Origin: an uncultured Pirellulales bacterium
GTDB lineage: Bacteria; Planctomycetota; Planctomycetia; Pirellulales; Lacipirellulaceae
Direction: 5' to 3'
Assembly (NCBI GenBank): GCA_947258835.1
Contig: CAMYJY010000002.1
Coordinates: forward strand, 10,692 to 64,162
Length of the DNA: 53,471 nt
Shown here one piece after another: positions 26,518-37,001 of this stretch. A program made the position numbers and the translations under genes. The notes under the pieces are model-generated. The model was given only the letters and a program-made list of their open reading frames with translations. It had not been told where the DNA came from and did no database searches. Every line of letters starts with the position of its first letter. Positions within the stretch are counted from its first letter, which is position 1.

Positions 26518-27901
26518 ACGGCTGTGCCATTAGGTCGGGGCGTTTGCTGCAGGCCCCCTGGGCCGTGGTTAGTGCTTGGACCCAGCCATCGATTTCTGCT
26601 CGGGTGCGTTTTTCGGTAACGGCCACCAGAAAACAGTCGGCCAACTCCGGATACCAGGGCGCGAGTGGGACACCGGCCAAGTACCCGGCACGCTGGGCCG
26701 ATTGCAGCAGGGATGCCACATTGTTCTCGGCGTCCCGAATCACAAATTCCTTGAACGTCGGTTGATCGAAGGCCAACGTAAAACGGTCTGCTTGACAGAG
26801 TTGCTTGGCCGCATAGTGTGATTTTTGCAAACACAGCTGGGCCGTTTCTCGCAAGCCTTGGGGGCCGAGTTGAGATAGGTAGACGGTTGCTCGGAGAGCA
26901 AACAGGCCCTGATTGGTGCATACATTGCTGGTGGCTTTTTCTCGGCGGATGTGCTGTTCCCGGGTCTGCATGGTGAGCACATAACAGCGCTTGCCGTGTC
27001 GATCCACGGTTTCTCCCACAATCCGGCCCGGCATCCGCCGCACCAGTTTTTGGTCGCAAGCCAGGATCCCCAGATAGGGGCCTCCGTAGGACATGGGTGT
27101 GCCCAGCCCATGGCCCTCGGCCACCGCGATGTTGGCCCCATAGGCACCCGGCGGCTGGAGGATCCCCAAACTGATGGGATCAAAGGCGCTGATCAGTAGC
27201 GCCCCGGCCGCTTGGGTCAACTGCGAGACGCGGTGGGCATCTTCCAGGCAGCCAAAAAAATTGGGCTGTTGTAAGACGACCGCCGCCACGGAGTCATCCA
27301 GTGCGGAAGCCAGCAGGTCGGGGTCGAGCACGCCGGTAGGGGTTTGCAGCGTGATCAGCTGCAGGTCGAGATTTTTCAGATAGGTGGCGACGGTGGCGCG
27401 ATATTCCGGATGCAAGCTGGCCGGCACCAGAATCTTTTTCCTGGTGCGCGTGGCGCTGGCGGCCATCAAGGTGGCCTCGGCCGTAGCGCTGGCGCCGTCG
27501 TACAGACTGGCATTGGATACGTCCATGCCCGTCAGGCGGGTAATCAGCGACTGGTACTCAAAAACCACCTGCAGATTGCCCTGGCTGGCTTCGGGCTGGT
27601 AAGGCGTGTAGGAGGTGTAAAATTCACTGCGGGAACCAATCGTATCGACCACGGCGGGTATAAAGTGGTCATAACTGCCCCCTCCTAGGAAACAGACCGA
27701 ATTTCCGCCATGGGCATTTTGAGCCGCCAGCGTACGGAGCGTATGGTCCATCTCGATTTCGGAGAGTGCGGGGGGCAAGTCGAGCGAGCGGTCGAGCTGC
27801 AGCGCGGCGGGGATGGGTGCAAACAGATCCTCCAGGCTGTCCGCTCCGATGGCGTCGAGCATGGCCTGCTGATCTTCGGGTGTGTTGTAGAGGTAGGGCA
27901 T
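26516..27901 (-). CDS. gcvPA: Glycine dehydrogenase (decarboxylating) subunit 1
   Basis: FLGGGSYDHFIP, FYTSYTPYQPEASQG, NASLYDG and TREQHIRREKATSNVCTNQ motifs. Confidence 0.97.
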   Translation of the reverse strand: MPYLYNTPEDQQAMLDAIGADSLEDLFAPIPAALQLDRSLDLPPALSEIEMDHTLRTLAAQNAHGGNSVCFLGGGSYDHFIPAVVDTIGSRSEFYTSYTPYQPEASQGNLQVVFEYQSLITRLTGMDVSNASLYDGASATAEATLMAASATRTRKKILVPASLHPEYRATVATYLKNLDLQLITLQTPTGVLDPDLLASALDDSVAAVVLQQPNFFGCLEDAHRVSQLTQAAGALLISAFDPISLGILQPPGAYGANIAVAEGHGLGTPMSYGGPYLGILACDQKLVRRMPGRIVGETVDRHGKRCYVLTMQTREQHIRREKATSNVCTNQGLFALRATVYLSQLGPQGLRETAQLCLQKSHYAAKQLCQADRFTLAFDQPTFKEFVIRDAENNVASLLQSAQRAGYLAGVPLAPWYPELADCFLVAVTEKRTRAEIDGWVQALTTAQGACSKRPDLMAQP

Positions 27902-27909
27902 GGGTAAAC

Positions 27910-28308
27910 TCAGTGGGCCTCTTCGCTACACTGTTTTTCGTAGGCGGCATGATCCATCAGTTCGCCCAGACCGGCCTCGCTGGAGATCTTCAATTTGGCG
28001 ATCCACCCTGCTCCATAGGGGTCGCTGCCTAGGGTCTCTAGGGCGTCGGGAAGTGCCTCGTTAACGGCCACCACTTCGCCATCTACAGGGGCGTAAATAT
28101 CGCTAACGGCTTTGACCGATTCGACTTCGCAGAACGGTTCGCCAGCGGTGACTTGTTTGCCAACTTCGGGTAGGTCGATGTAGACCAGGTCGGTCAGCGC
28201 CTCCACAGCAAAGGCGGAAATTCCCAGCGTGGCAATTTTTTCGCCATCCGTCTCGGCAACGGCCACCCACTCGTGCGTTTTCGCATATTGTAGTTCTTCC
28301 GGATTCAC
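27910..28308 (-). CDS. gcvH: Glycine cleavage system H protein
   Basis: YAKTHEW, lipoyl motif EVESVKAVSDIYAP and DPYGAGW; GTG start after AGGAG. Confidence 0.97.
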   Translation of the reverse strand: MNPEELQYAKTHEWVAVAETDGEKIATLGISAFAVEALTDLVYIDLPEVGKQVTAGEPFCEVESVKAVSDIYAPVDGEVVAVNEALPDALETLGSDPYGAGWIAKLKISSEAGLGELMDHAAYEKQCSEEAH

Positions 28309-28330
28309 GAGTTATCTCCTGTCTGCAGTT

Positions 28331-28363
28331 TCTGCAAGAACGGCCGGAGGCCGTTCCTGCAGA
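28331..28363. other. Stem-loop between gcvT and gcvH
   Basis: TCTGCAAGAACGGCC / GGCCGTTCCTGCAGA; could stabilise or process the mRNA (inference). Confidence 0.5.
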
Positions 28364-28569
28364 AGTAAATTAATCTGAATAAAAGTCGATCGTGAAGACT
28401 CGCCCTGGGATGGTCCCAACAGGCCCCCGTTCATGCCGGGGCAGGCCCCCGAGGCGGCCCTGCCGTCCGTCCTATTGCCCTTTGCGCTGCCAATGAGCCA
28501 AGGGCGCCCAACGGAAGCCCGTATTTGGCAAGCAAAATGCTAGCGGTAGGTTCATTGGCCGCGCAGACA

Positions 28570-29703
28570 TCAACAGTTGTTTCCACGATGATAAAATGGT
28601 AACGGTACTACCGTGGCCGGGTGTTGCCGGCCACGGATATCCACACTCAGCGAGGTGCCTGGCGCCGCAGCCGCCCGCTTGACATAGCCCATCGCCAGGG
28701 GACATTGAAAGGTCGGCGAAAAAGTGCCGCTGGTGACGACGCCGACTTGTTCATCATTCCATAGGAGGGGGCAATCTTCGCGGGGCACGCGGCCCGAGGT
28801 CAGCTGGAGGCCGATCCGCACGGACCGCTGGCTGTCTTTTTGCTTGGCTTCGATGGCGGCCTGACCGATGAAGTGGCGGTCGCGCAAGTTGATGGCAAAG
28901 TCCAGCTGGGCCTCGATGGGGGTAATCGTTTCGGACAGTTCGTGTCCGTACAGAGGCATGCCCGCCTCCAGTCGCAACGTATCGCGTGCCGCCAGTCCGA
29001 CCGCTTGGCCACCAATTTTTTCAGCGGCGGTCACCAGTTGTTCCCAGAGGCCGACAATCTGGGCGGCGTCGCAAATCAATTCACAACCGTCTTCGCCCGT
29101 ATAGCCGGTACGGCTCACAAAGCACTCGACACCAGCGAGTGTCATCAACTGGCCCGTATAGTAGCGGAGGGCCGTAAGGCTGCCTGAGCTGCTCAAGGCA
29201 TCGAGCAGTTCAATGGCTTGGGGGCCTTGCACGGCGATCATGGCATAGTCGGTTGTCTTGTCCTCCAGGGCCACCTCCTGGCTGCCGCGGTGCTGTTCCA
29301 GCCAAGCGAGGATTTTGGCGCGGTTGCTGGCATTGACCACCAGTCCGTATTTGGGGTTTTTGTCGGCCGGCAGGTCCGGACGGTACACCAGGACGTCATC
29401 CAGCACGCCTCCCTGCTCATTGCAAATCAGCGAATAACGGATTTGCTGGGGTTTCATATGGGCGACATTGCGAGTCAGCAATCCATCCAAAAAGGAGGAG
29501 ACCCCAGGGCCGCCCAACAGCACCCGGCCCATGTGCGAAATATCGAAGAGCCCGACCGCGGTGCGGGTGGCCTGATGTTCGGCCACGATTGAGGTGTACT
29601 GCACCGGCATCGACCAACCGGCGAAATCGACCATCCGTCCGCCGTGGGCGCGGTGCCAATCGTAGAGCGGTGTGCGGGCCAGGGGCGAGGCGTCAGATGG
29701 CAT
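28570..29703 (-). CDS. gcvT: Glycine cleavage system aminomethyltransferase T
   Basis: RTPLYDWH, FAGWSMPVQY, LFDISHMG, SRTGYTGEDG and ARDTLRLEAGMPLYGHE motifs. Confidence 0.97.
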   Translation of the reverse strand: MPSDASPLARTPLYDWHRAHGGRMVDFAGWSMPVQYTSIVAEHQATRTAVGLFDISHMGRVLLGGPGVSSFLDGLLTRNVAHMKPQQIRYSLICNEQGGVLDDVLVYRPDLPADKNPKYGLVVNASNRAKILAWLEQHRGSQEVALEDKTTDYAMIAVQGPQAIELLDALSSSGSLTALRYYTGQLMTLAGVECFVSRTGYTGEDGCELICDAAQIVGLWEQLVTAAEKIGGQAVGLAARDTLRLEAGMPLYGHELSETITPIEAQLDFAINLRDRHFIGQAAIEAKQKDSQRSVRIGLQLTSGRVPREDCPLLWNDEQVGVVTSGTFSPTFQCPLAMGYVKRAAAAPGTSLSVDIRGRQHPATVVPLPFYHRGNNC

Positions 29704-31615
29704 GGGAGGGGATGGGTTCCCAGATGTGTGGGCGGGGGATACGAATAGCGTATTCTAGCGGTTTACGCGCGACCTTCCAGGGGCAGGGGCGGGCTAAAAT
29801 AATCGGAGCGCATAGAACGGCCTCCGGCCGGGCGGCACAGGCGGCGATGCGGCGATCGATCTCGCGCAGGAGTCGCAGATAGCCCGCGCCGCCCACACCG
29901 CCATAGTGGCGTTGCAAGATCTCATCCGACAGGCCCTCGGGAAGATCCGCTCCCGGGGGCATCAGGTCATCGACGGGGCATCCCGCGGCCAATTGATTTT
30001 GCATGGCCACCGCCGCCTGCTCCGATGCGGTGGAGCGCACGGCCAGCAAGGTGCCCGCGCGATCCGCTAGCAGATCGCCAAAAGAAAATCCACTGCCGCC
30101 ATTGGCGTCGAGTTCTTCCTTGAGGAGACCGGCGTCGTGGCTGGCCAGCGCGTTCGACAGTACTTGGAGGGCGGCACTGACCAAATAATGCCGGGTCCAG
30201 TCACGTCGGCCCCGCAAAGTCACTTTGCGGAATACCGCATGGGCTCTCCAGGAAAACGGCGGCAGGTTGGAGCCGACAAATACCCCTAGTTTGCCATGTC
30301 CCAGCAGGTAACCCAGCGCTAAAATTGCGGCGCGGTTTTCTCGGACGGCCGTACCTGGCCGCGAACGTATGCGGGCTTCGTCAAAGGCGGTGGCGACACA
30401 CTTCGTAAACGTCAATGAGCGCTGCTTTTCAGCTAGGGCTGACAGCCGTTGGATTTGAGCTAGGGTGGCGACTTCCAGGTCTTCCAGCATGCCCAGTTCG
30501 ACCAAGGTCTGTCGGACCGAAAGTTCCCGCAGGTCCAGATGCCCATAGGAAATCTGAGCGGCTTCGTCCCGGATTGTGATTTCGTGGAGGGATTGCAAGA
30601 AGGGGCCGGCTGCGCTGTGCGACCAGGCGTTGTCCACCATGATCGGTCCGGTGAGTTGCAGGATCCAGTGGGGCACGGTGATCCGCCCCAGTGCCAAGTG
30701 TCGCGGCGAAAATCCCAGTCCGCCGTCGCGGGTGACCACGCGCCCGGCCGTCGTGAGATTGAAGTGCCGATTCCCTAGGGGTAGGCGTGAGAGTTTCAGC
30801 GTCATCTCCAGCCGCACATCGTCGGTGCCCAGCTGGATGCCCGCGCCATGATTTCCCGGCAGCAGCGAAAGTGCCCAGGCGGCCAGTTGGTTGCAATCCT
30901 GCTCGGTCAGCGTGAGCTGACTTGTTGCGTCTGGCGGCAGCTTGCGGGGGTCATTTTCTCGGAACATCGTGAACAGTCGGCGACGATCCGCGGTGGAGAG
31001 CTCGGCCGCGGCCACTTCCAGCCGTTCCGGCGCGAGGGCCAGCCAGGCGAACCCTGCCACGCCTCCACCTAAGATCAGCGCTGTTAGCAAGGTCTGCTGG
31101 AGGAGCCAACGGCCCTTGTGCTGCGTGGAAATCCAGGTTACGCCCAGCCAACTGCCCCACAAACACGCGGTGCCTAGCAGCAGGGTTGCCGGCAGTGAGG
31201 GTGCGGTGTAGGGCGCTGCGTGCAGCAGGATGCGGGTTGCCGTGGCGACGAGGAAGGAGGCGATGAGGGCTAGGGCAGTCCGCGGCCAAATCTGCAAACG
31301 TGAGGTCGGGTTTTTGGCCGGACCGCAGAAGATTCCTAACAGGAACGCCAGGATCAGGAAGAGCAAAAACTCTTTGACCACGCTCGAGGCGGCGGGGATG
31401 ACCGACCCGATCAGTCCAGTGTCCGGCACCGGCTGGAGGGTCAGGGCCTGCCAGCGCCCCGCCGCGGGGGCACACCAGCAGACCAGTGCTAGCAATACGC
31501 AGAGGTACAGTGCGAGCAGGTACCGTGCGGGAGTTCTCCAGCTGCGGGCGGCGGGGAGATGGCGATCGCGTTGCGCGCTTTGGGCCGGTGATGTGCTGGG
31601 CTGGCTGGGGGGCAT
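29693..31615 (-). CDS. Hypothetical membrane protein with conserved-looking C-terminal domain
   Basis: About 5 N-terminal TM helices; C-terminal GRRDWTRHYLVSAAL...GLLKEELDA.GGSGFSFGDLLADRAG...DLPEGL. Confidence 0.8.
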   Translation of the reverse strand: MPPSQPSTSPAQSAQRDRHLPAARSWRTPARYLLALYLCVLLALVCWCAPAAGRWQALTLQPVPDTGLIGSVIPAASSVVKEFLLFLILAFLLGIFCGPAKNPTSRLQIWPRTALALIASFLVATATRILLHAAPYTAPSLPATLLLGTACLWGSWLGVTWISTQHKGRWLLQQTLLTALILGGGVAGFAWLALAPERLEVAAAELSTADRRRLFTMFRENDPRKLPPDATSQLTLTEQDCNQLAAWALSLLPGNHGAGIQLGTDDVRLEMTLKLSRLPLGNRHFNLTTAGRVVTRDGGLGFSPRHLALGRITVPHWILQLTGPIMVDNAWSHSAAGPFLQSLHEITIRDEAAQISYGHLDLRELSVRQTLVELGMLEDLEVATLAQIQRLSALAEKQRSLTFTKCVATAFDEARIRSRPGTAVRENRAAILALGYLLGHGKLGVFVGSNLPPFSWRAHAVFRKVTLRGRRDWTRHYLVSAALQVLSNALASHDAGLLKEELDANGGSGFSFGDLLADRAGTLLAVRSTASEQAAVAMQNQLAAGCPVDDLMPPGADLPEGLSDEILQRHYGGVGGAGYLRLLREIDRRIAACAARPEAVLCAPIILARPCPWKVARKPLEYAIRIPRPHIWEPIPSHAI

Positions 31616-31662
31616 CGTACCGTATCTGGGTGTGTGCCGACGTGCTGGTTGAAACGCTGGCG

Positions 31663-33903
31663 CTAATGCCGCTTGCGGCGACCCTGGAAGGGCTTGGGCG
31701 GTTTGCGTTTCCGCTTGGGTTTGGTTGCGGAAGGCTTGGTCTGGCCCAGCTTCTGCAGCAGGCGGAAATCCAGTTCGCGACGTTCGACGTCGACTGCCGC
31801 CACGGCCACCCGCACGGCATCGCCCAGACGGTAGGTGTGGCGAAAACCTTGGATGACATGCCCTGCCTTGTCGTACTTGTAATTGTCGTCGGTGAGTGCG
31901 CTGATGGGTACAAAACCTTCCGCGGGTAGCTGAGTTCCCCTCACGAACATGCCAAAACTTTCCACACCCGTGACGATGCCCTCCAGCTCGGTGCCAATTT
32001 TATCCTCCAAATAGAGCAGGAGTTTGACCTTGGTCAGTTCGCGTTCGGCGGCCGTGGCCCGGTCTTCTCGCTGGCTGCAGTGATCCCCTAGCGTCAGCAG
32101 GGCATGGGTGTCTTGCTGGGGAGGCTGGCCGCGATTGACCGCATCGATCAGACGATGAATCGTCAAATCCGGATAGCGGCGGATGGGGGAGGTGAAATGG
32201 CAATAGCAAGGGCTGGCCAGGGCGTAGTGTCCTTCTTCCTCGGGGCTGTAGATGGCCCGCTGCATGGCGCGGAGCACCGCGTAGTTCACGGCTGGCTGGC
32301 GCGCATCTCCTTGCACCTGGGCCAGCAAGTCCTGCAAGGCAAAACGACTTTCCAGGCTTTCTGTCTGGAGCCCCAGCTCTTTGACAAACGTGTTCAAAGC
32401 TTTCAGCTTGCGGGGGTCTGGCGCGCCGTGCACCCGCCGCAGAAAAGATAGGCCCTCGTCCGCCAGCATTTCCGCCACCCCTTCGTTGGCGGCCAACATA
32501 AACTCTTCGATGATCTGGTGGCTCTCGGTATTTTCCTCGAGATGGGCACCGGTGACTTGGCCTTCCGGATTCATGTCAATCGTCAACTCGGGCATGGCCA
32601 ATTCCAGGGCCCCGCGCTCCAGGCGGCGTTTCCGCATCAGCATGGCCAGCGCATGCATCCGGCCCAGCAAGCCGTGCACGGAGGGGGTGAGTTGAGTTTT
32701 CCAGGCGGTGGGGTCGGCCAGGTACCGATCGACCTCTTCGTAGGTGAAACGGCGGCAGCTCTTGATCGCGCTTTTGGTGACTTGCGTGGCAATGCGCTGG
32801 CCCGTGGAGCTCAGCTCGATGTGGGCGGTCATGGCATAGCGGACCTTGTCCGGCTGCAGACTGGCCAGATTATTGGAAATCACCTCGGGCAACATCGGGA
32901 TCACACGGTCCGGCAAGTAGACGCTGGTGGCCCGATCTTGGGCCGCCCGGTCGAGGGCTGACCGTGGCCGGACGAAATGCGATACGTCCGCGATATGGAC
33001 CCCCAACCGCCAATGTCCCTGGTCGGTTTGTTCCAGCGAGATCGCATCGTCGAAATCCCTCGCGGTGGCCGGGTCGATGGTGATCACCGTTTCGCTGGTG
33101 AGATCTTGGCGGCGGGAGCCAATCGAGCCATCAAATTTTTCGGCCTGCCGGCGGGCATTGTTGAGCGTCGCCTCGTCGAATTCTCCGGGCAGATCAAATT
33201 CGTGGATGATGGACAACGTTTCCACGCCCGGTTGGCCCCGCTGGCCTAAAATCTCCACCAGCACGCCTTCGCCATCACGGATTTGGGTCGGAAAGCGGAC
33301 CATTTCCAAGACCACTTTGTCTCCCGGTTGGGCGCCCTTGGCACCGGGGTCACCGACGTATACGGGGTTGGCAAACACCTTGCCATCGACGAGCACAAAA
33401 CCCATGCCGCCTTCCACGATGTAGGTTCCCACAAAGCGATTGGTGGCACGTTCGATGACATCGATCACCCGGCCTTCGGCCTTGCCCTGCCGACCTTTTT
33501 TGCCACCGAGTCGCACCCGCACCGTATCGCCGCTGGCCGCGTCACCCGCGCGGTTGGCCGGAATAAAAATGTCGGCATCTCGGCCCTGGGAGGCCTGCGT
33601 GTTTTCCGGTCGCACAAAACCAAAACCTGCTTGGGCCCGCCGGAAGGTGCCCGTTACGTGCTGGGAGGAGCCCCGCTGTGCTGATTTTTGTCCGTGTTTG
33701 GCAGCTGCCGGCGTGCCGGGGCATACCAGATGACGAGCACCGTAGACCAAACGGCCCTCGTGGACCAGTTGTTTGATGGTTCGCTTCAGCTGAGGAAGCG
33801 CTTCCTGTTCCAAACCCAATTGCTTGGCTATCACCTTGGGTTTGACCGGCCGGTAGTTGGCACTGTGGACATGACGGAGAATGGTGGCGGAGAGGTCGGG
33901 CAT
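31663..33903 (-). CDS. rnr: Ribonuclease R
   Basis: TIDPATARDFDDA, VHIADVSHFV, SVYLPDRVIPMLP, HFTSPIRRYPDL, S1 domain and basic tail. Confidence 0.96.
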   Translation of the reverse strand: MPDLSATILRHVHSANYRPVKPKVIAKQLGLEQEALPQLKRTIKQLVHEGRLVYGARHLVCPGTPAAAKHGQKSAQRGSSQHVTGTFRRAQAGFGFVRPENTQASQGRDADIFIPANRAGDAASGDTVRVRLGGKKGRQGKAEGRVIDVIERATNRFVGTYIVEGGMGFVLVDGKVFANPVYVGDPGAKGAQPGDKVVLEMVRFPTQIRDGEGVLVEILGQRGQPGVETLSIIHEFDLPGEFDEATLNNARRQAEKFDGSIGSRRQDLTSETVITIDPATARDFDDAISLEQTDQGHWRLGVHIADVSHFVRPRSALDRAAQDRATSVYLPDRVIPMLPEVISNNLASLQPDKVRYAMTAHIELSSTGQRIATQVTKSAIKSCRRFTYEEVDRYLADPTAWKTQLTPSVHGLLGRMHALAMLMRKRRLERGALELAMPELTIDMNPEGQVTGAHLEENTESHQIIEEFMLAANEGVAEMLADEGLSFLRRVHGAPDPRKLKALNTFVKELGLQTESLESRFALQDLLAQVQGDARQPAVNYAVLRAMQRAIYSPEEEGHYALASPCYCHFTSPIRRYPDLTIHRLIDAVNRGQPPQQDTHALLTLGDHCSQREDRATAAERELTKVKLLLYLEDKIGTELEGIVTGVESFGMFVRGTQLPAEGFVPISALTDDNYKYDKAGHVIQGFRHTYRLGDAVRVAVAAVDVERRELDFRLLQKLGQTKPSATKPKRKRKPPKPFQGRRKRH

Positions 33904-33977
33904 TAGATTACGGTCAGCCTGGGGAGTTCGACGTTGCCGGGGTGCGTTGCCGCCGGGCAGGGTTCCAAGAATTCACG

Positions 33978-34952
33978 CTATTTTTCCGGTTTCAACAGTT
34001 TCCGTCCCAACTGTGAATAATACTGCGTCCAGTTGCTATCGGTATTGGGGCAGTCGGTTATCAGTTGGGTAAAATTGGCCAGTTTGGCGTCGAGATTGTC
34101 CAGGTGATGCAGGGCCACCGCTTCCAGCGTCATCGGCAACTTGCTGCTGCCATATTCGTACTGTCCATGATGGCTGATGATCAGGTGCTTGAGTTCCAAT
34201 AACAGCCGTGCCGGGAACGGCTGGCCGTCTTGTTGCACGATTGTGCGGACCAGATTGTCCAACAGCGTGATGCCCAGCACCATGTGCCCCAATAACTGGC
34301 CTTCGTCCGTGTAAGAGATGTCCCGTTCATAAGCCAGCTCATCGACTTTGGCCAGGTCGTGCAGCAAGGCACCCAGCAACAATTTGTCTTGATCGAGTTG
34401 CGGGTAGCGGGGGGCGATCACCAGGACCAATTCCATCAAGCTGAGCACATGCTCCAGCAGCCCGCCCTGGTAGGCGTGGTGGTTTTTCATGCCCGCAGGT
34501 GCTTGGCAAAACTTCGCCAGGAGGGCTTCGTCGGCCAAAAACCCCTGGGCCAGACGGCTCAGGGGAGCGGATTGGATACCGCCCAGAATCTCCACCAGCC
34601 GTCCACGCATCTGATCCACCTCTGCCGATTGCAAGGTGACAAAATCCGACTCATCCACTTCGTCGGGTCGTGCCTTGCGAATGCGATTGGCAATCAGCTG
34701 GAGATTGCCCTGAAACAGCTGGGTCGCGCCCTCGACGTGCACGTAGTCACCATTTTCAAAAGCCCGGTAATCGTTGTCCGAGGCGTTCCACATGCGGGCG
34801 TTGACCGTGCCGCTACGGTCGGCCAAATCGACCTGCAAATACAAATTACCGTTGCGATTCGGCCGGAGCTGTTTGTCCGAGGCCAAAAAGACCTGGCTGA
34901 TAGATTCGTTGTGGGCCAGTTGGCTAACGTAACGACGGGTGTTGCTGGGCAT
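33978..34952 (-). CDS. YhaM/CBF1-like 3'-5' exoribonuclease (OB-fold + HD domain)
   Basis: OB-fold (YLQVDLADRSG), APAGMKNHHAYQGGLLEH, LLHDLAK, IISHHG and LDNLDAK motifs; start placed at ATG 34952. Confidence 0.9.
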   Translation of the reverse strand: MPSNTRRYVSQLAHNESISQVFLASDKQLRPNRNGNLYLQVDLADRSGTVNARMWNASDNDYRAFENGDYVHVEGATQLFQGNLQLIANRIRKARPDEVDESDFVTLQSAEVDQMRGRLVEILGGIQSAPLSRLAQGFLADEALLAKFCQAPAGMKNHHAYQGGLLEHVLSLMELVLVIAPRYPQLDQDKLLLGALLHDLAKVDELAYERDISYTDEGQLLGHMVLGITLLDNLVRTIVQQDGQPFPARLLLELKHLIISHHGQYEYGSSKLPMTLEAVALHHLDNLDAKLANFTQLITDCPNTDSNWTQYYSQLGRKLLKPEK

Positions 34953-35203
34953 GATTGGTGGGCAGTCGGGCAATCGCCGCAGAGCTTGGTAAGACGGCGT
35001 TTGAGCTGGGGTGAGGAAAAGATTACGAAACAAAGCGTACATCTTAGCAGATTTACCGCACGCCCCCAAACCGTGTGGTCTTGCCATCTTTTCCGGCCGC
35101 TGGGCGCCTCCGGTGCGCCCTGAGGCAGAACTTGGTAGCTTTTTTATCACCACGAAGGGCTCAGCGCGACGTAGTGGTCACCAAAGCCCCTCTATACGGG
35201 TCT

Positions 35204-35270
35204 TAGCCGATGGGCGATAGCCCCGGTTCCTGCGCGTCTCACGGAACCGGGGCTATCGCCCACCGGCTTA
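35204..35270. repeat. REP-like hairpin TAGCCGATGGGCGATAGCCCCGGTTC...GAACCGGGGCTATCGCCCA.CGGCT
   Basis: Stem of about 26 bp; near-identical copy in the opposite orientation at 49925-49990. Confidence 0.93.
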
Positions 35271-35366
35271 TTTATCGCCAGCTGCCGATATTTTCAGTGG
35301 CCAGATGTCCCGCGGAACGTCATAATTTGTGGCTTACGATCCACGACCCACGATCCAATATCCGCC

Positions 35367-36872
35367 ATGCCAAAACGAGCTCAACACGCCATTTCTCCGA
35401 CGCGCGCCGAAAACTACCCCGAGTGGTACCAGCAGGTGGTCAAGGCGGCCGACCTGGCCGAGACCTCGGATGTTCGCGGCTGCATGGTGATCAAGCCCTG
35501 GGGCTATGCCATCTGGGAAAACATGCAGCGGATCCTGGATGGGATGTTTAAGGCGACTGGGCATGAAAATGCCTACTTTCCTCTCTTCATCCCCATGAGT
35601 TTTCTGGAAAAGGAGGCCGAGCATGTGGAGGGCTTTGCCAAGGAGTGCGCGGTGGTGACCCACCATCGGCTGGAGCCCAATCCCGACGGTGGCCTGCGAC
35701 CGGCCCCAGCGGCCGAGCTGGACGAGCCGCTGATTGTACGACCTACCAGCGAGACGATTATCGGTGCCACGTTTGCCCGCTGGTTGGAGTCTTACCGGGA
35801 TTTGCCCATTCTGATCAATCAGTGGGCCAACGTAGTGCGGTGGGAATTACGGACCCGGATGTTTTTGCGGACGGCTGAATTTCTGTGGCAGGAGGGCCAT
35901 ACGGTGCACGCCACCGAGCAGGAGGCCCGCGACGAGACCCGTCTGATGTTGGATGTGTATGCCGACTTTGCCCAAAATACGATGGCGATGCCGGTCATCC
36001 GTGGGGAAAAAACGGCCAGCGAACGGTTTCCTGGTGCGGTGGCCACCTACAGCATCGAGGCCTTAATGCAGGATGGCAAGGCGCTGCAAGCGGGAACGTC
36101 GCATTTCCTGGGCCAAAATTTTGCCAAGGCCCAGGAGATTAAGTTCCAGGATCGGTCCGGTCACGAAGTCTATGCCTGGACCACCTCCTGGGGCGTTTCC
36201 ACGCGACTGGTGGGGGGCCTGATTATGACGCATAGCGACGACGACGGTCTGGTGCTACCGCCCACACTGGCACCTGCTCAGGTTGTGATTTTGCCGATCT
36301 ATAAAAACGATCAAGAGCGGGGCCAGGTGCTGGCCTATTGCGAATCGCTGCAGCAGGAGCTGCAGGCCGAGTGTTATGCGGAGCAAAGCCTACGGGTCAA
36401 GATCGACGATCGTGATCTCCGCGGCGGTGAAAAGAAGTGGCAATGGGTCAAGCGGGGAGTGCCGTTGCGGGTGGAAATCGGCCCCCGCGACGTAGCGGCA
36501 GGCGGAGTTTTTGCGGCCCGGCGGGACGTGGGTGGCAAAGGGCAGGGGGTGCCGCGCGGTGAATTTGTTGCGCAGGCGGCCCAGACCTTGGCGGACATCC
36601 AGCAGGCCCTGCTCGACCGCGCCACCCAAGCCCGGGACCAGGCCACCGCGCGGATCAATACGCTGGCGGAATTTGAGGCTTATTTTGCGGAGAGCGCTCC
36701 CGGCGGATTGGCCTATTGCCATTTTGTGGATGGTCCCGAGATGGAAGCCCAGCTGAAGGCACTAAAAGTCACCGCCCGCTGCGTTCCCTTGGAGGCGCCC
36801 GTCGAGTCCGGCAGCTGCATTTTTACGGGCCAACCGAGCCAGCGCCGCGGCGTATTTGCCAGAGCATATTGA
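35367..36872 (+). CDS. proS: Proline--tRNA ligase (archaeal/eukaryote-like type)
   Basis: HVEGFAKECAVVTH, RPTSET, NQWANVVRWE, FLRTAEFLWQEGHT, QAGTSHFLGQNF and C-terminal FARAY. Confidence 0.98.
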   Translation: MPKRAQHAISPTRAENYPEWYQQVVKAADLAETSDVRGCMVIKPWGYAIWENMQRILDGMFKATGHENAYFPLFIPMSFLEKEAEHVEGFAKECAVVTHHRLEPNPDGGLRPAPAAELDEPLIVRPTSETIIGATFARWLESYRDLPILINQWANVVRWELRTRMFLRTAEFLWQEGHTVHATEQEARDETRLMLDVYADFAQNTMAMPVIRGEKTASERFPGAVATYSIEALMQDGKALQAGTSHFLGQNFAKAQEIKFQDRSGHEVYAWTTSWGVSTRLVGGLIMTHSDDDGLVLPPTLAPAQVVILPIYKNDQERGQVLAYCESLQQELQAECYAEQSLRVKIDDRDLRGGEKKWQWVKRGVPLRVEIGPRDVAAGGVFAARRDVGGKGQGVPRGEFVAQAAQTLADIQQALLDRATQARDQATARINTLAEFEAYFAESAPGGLAYCHFVDGPEMEAQLKALKVTARCVPLEAPVESGSCIFTGQPSQRRGVFARAY

Positions 36873-36874
36873 TG

Positions 36875-36954
36875 CGAGCTACCGGGTGGCAGTGCCGCCA
36901 GCCAATGCGAGCTACCGCTCGGAGACAACTGGCCCGCTCCCGTTGGTCGCTCAA
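36875..36954. repeat. GCGAGCTACCGCTCGG / TGGCCCGCTCCCGTTGGTCGCTC repeat module
   Basis: Matches 3606-3663; 36930-36954 is identical over 25 bp to 7088-7112 in lpxB. Confidence 0.88.
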
Positions 36955-37001
36955 TGCTGCGCAAGGATTAAGGGTTTTTACTTTGAGTGGTGCGTGAAAT
37001 T

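Noticed and set aside
29704-29820. Glycine riboswitch upstream of gcvT
   Set aside because: No recognisable GGAGA...CCGAAG / CTCTCAGG aptamer; the region is covered by the tail of the upstream ORF.
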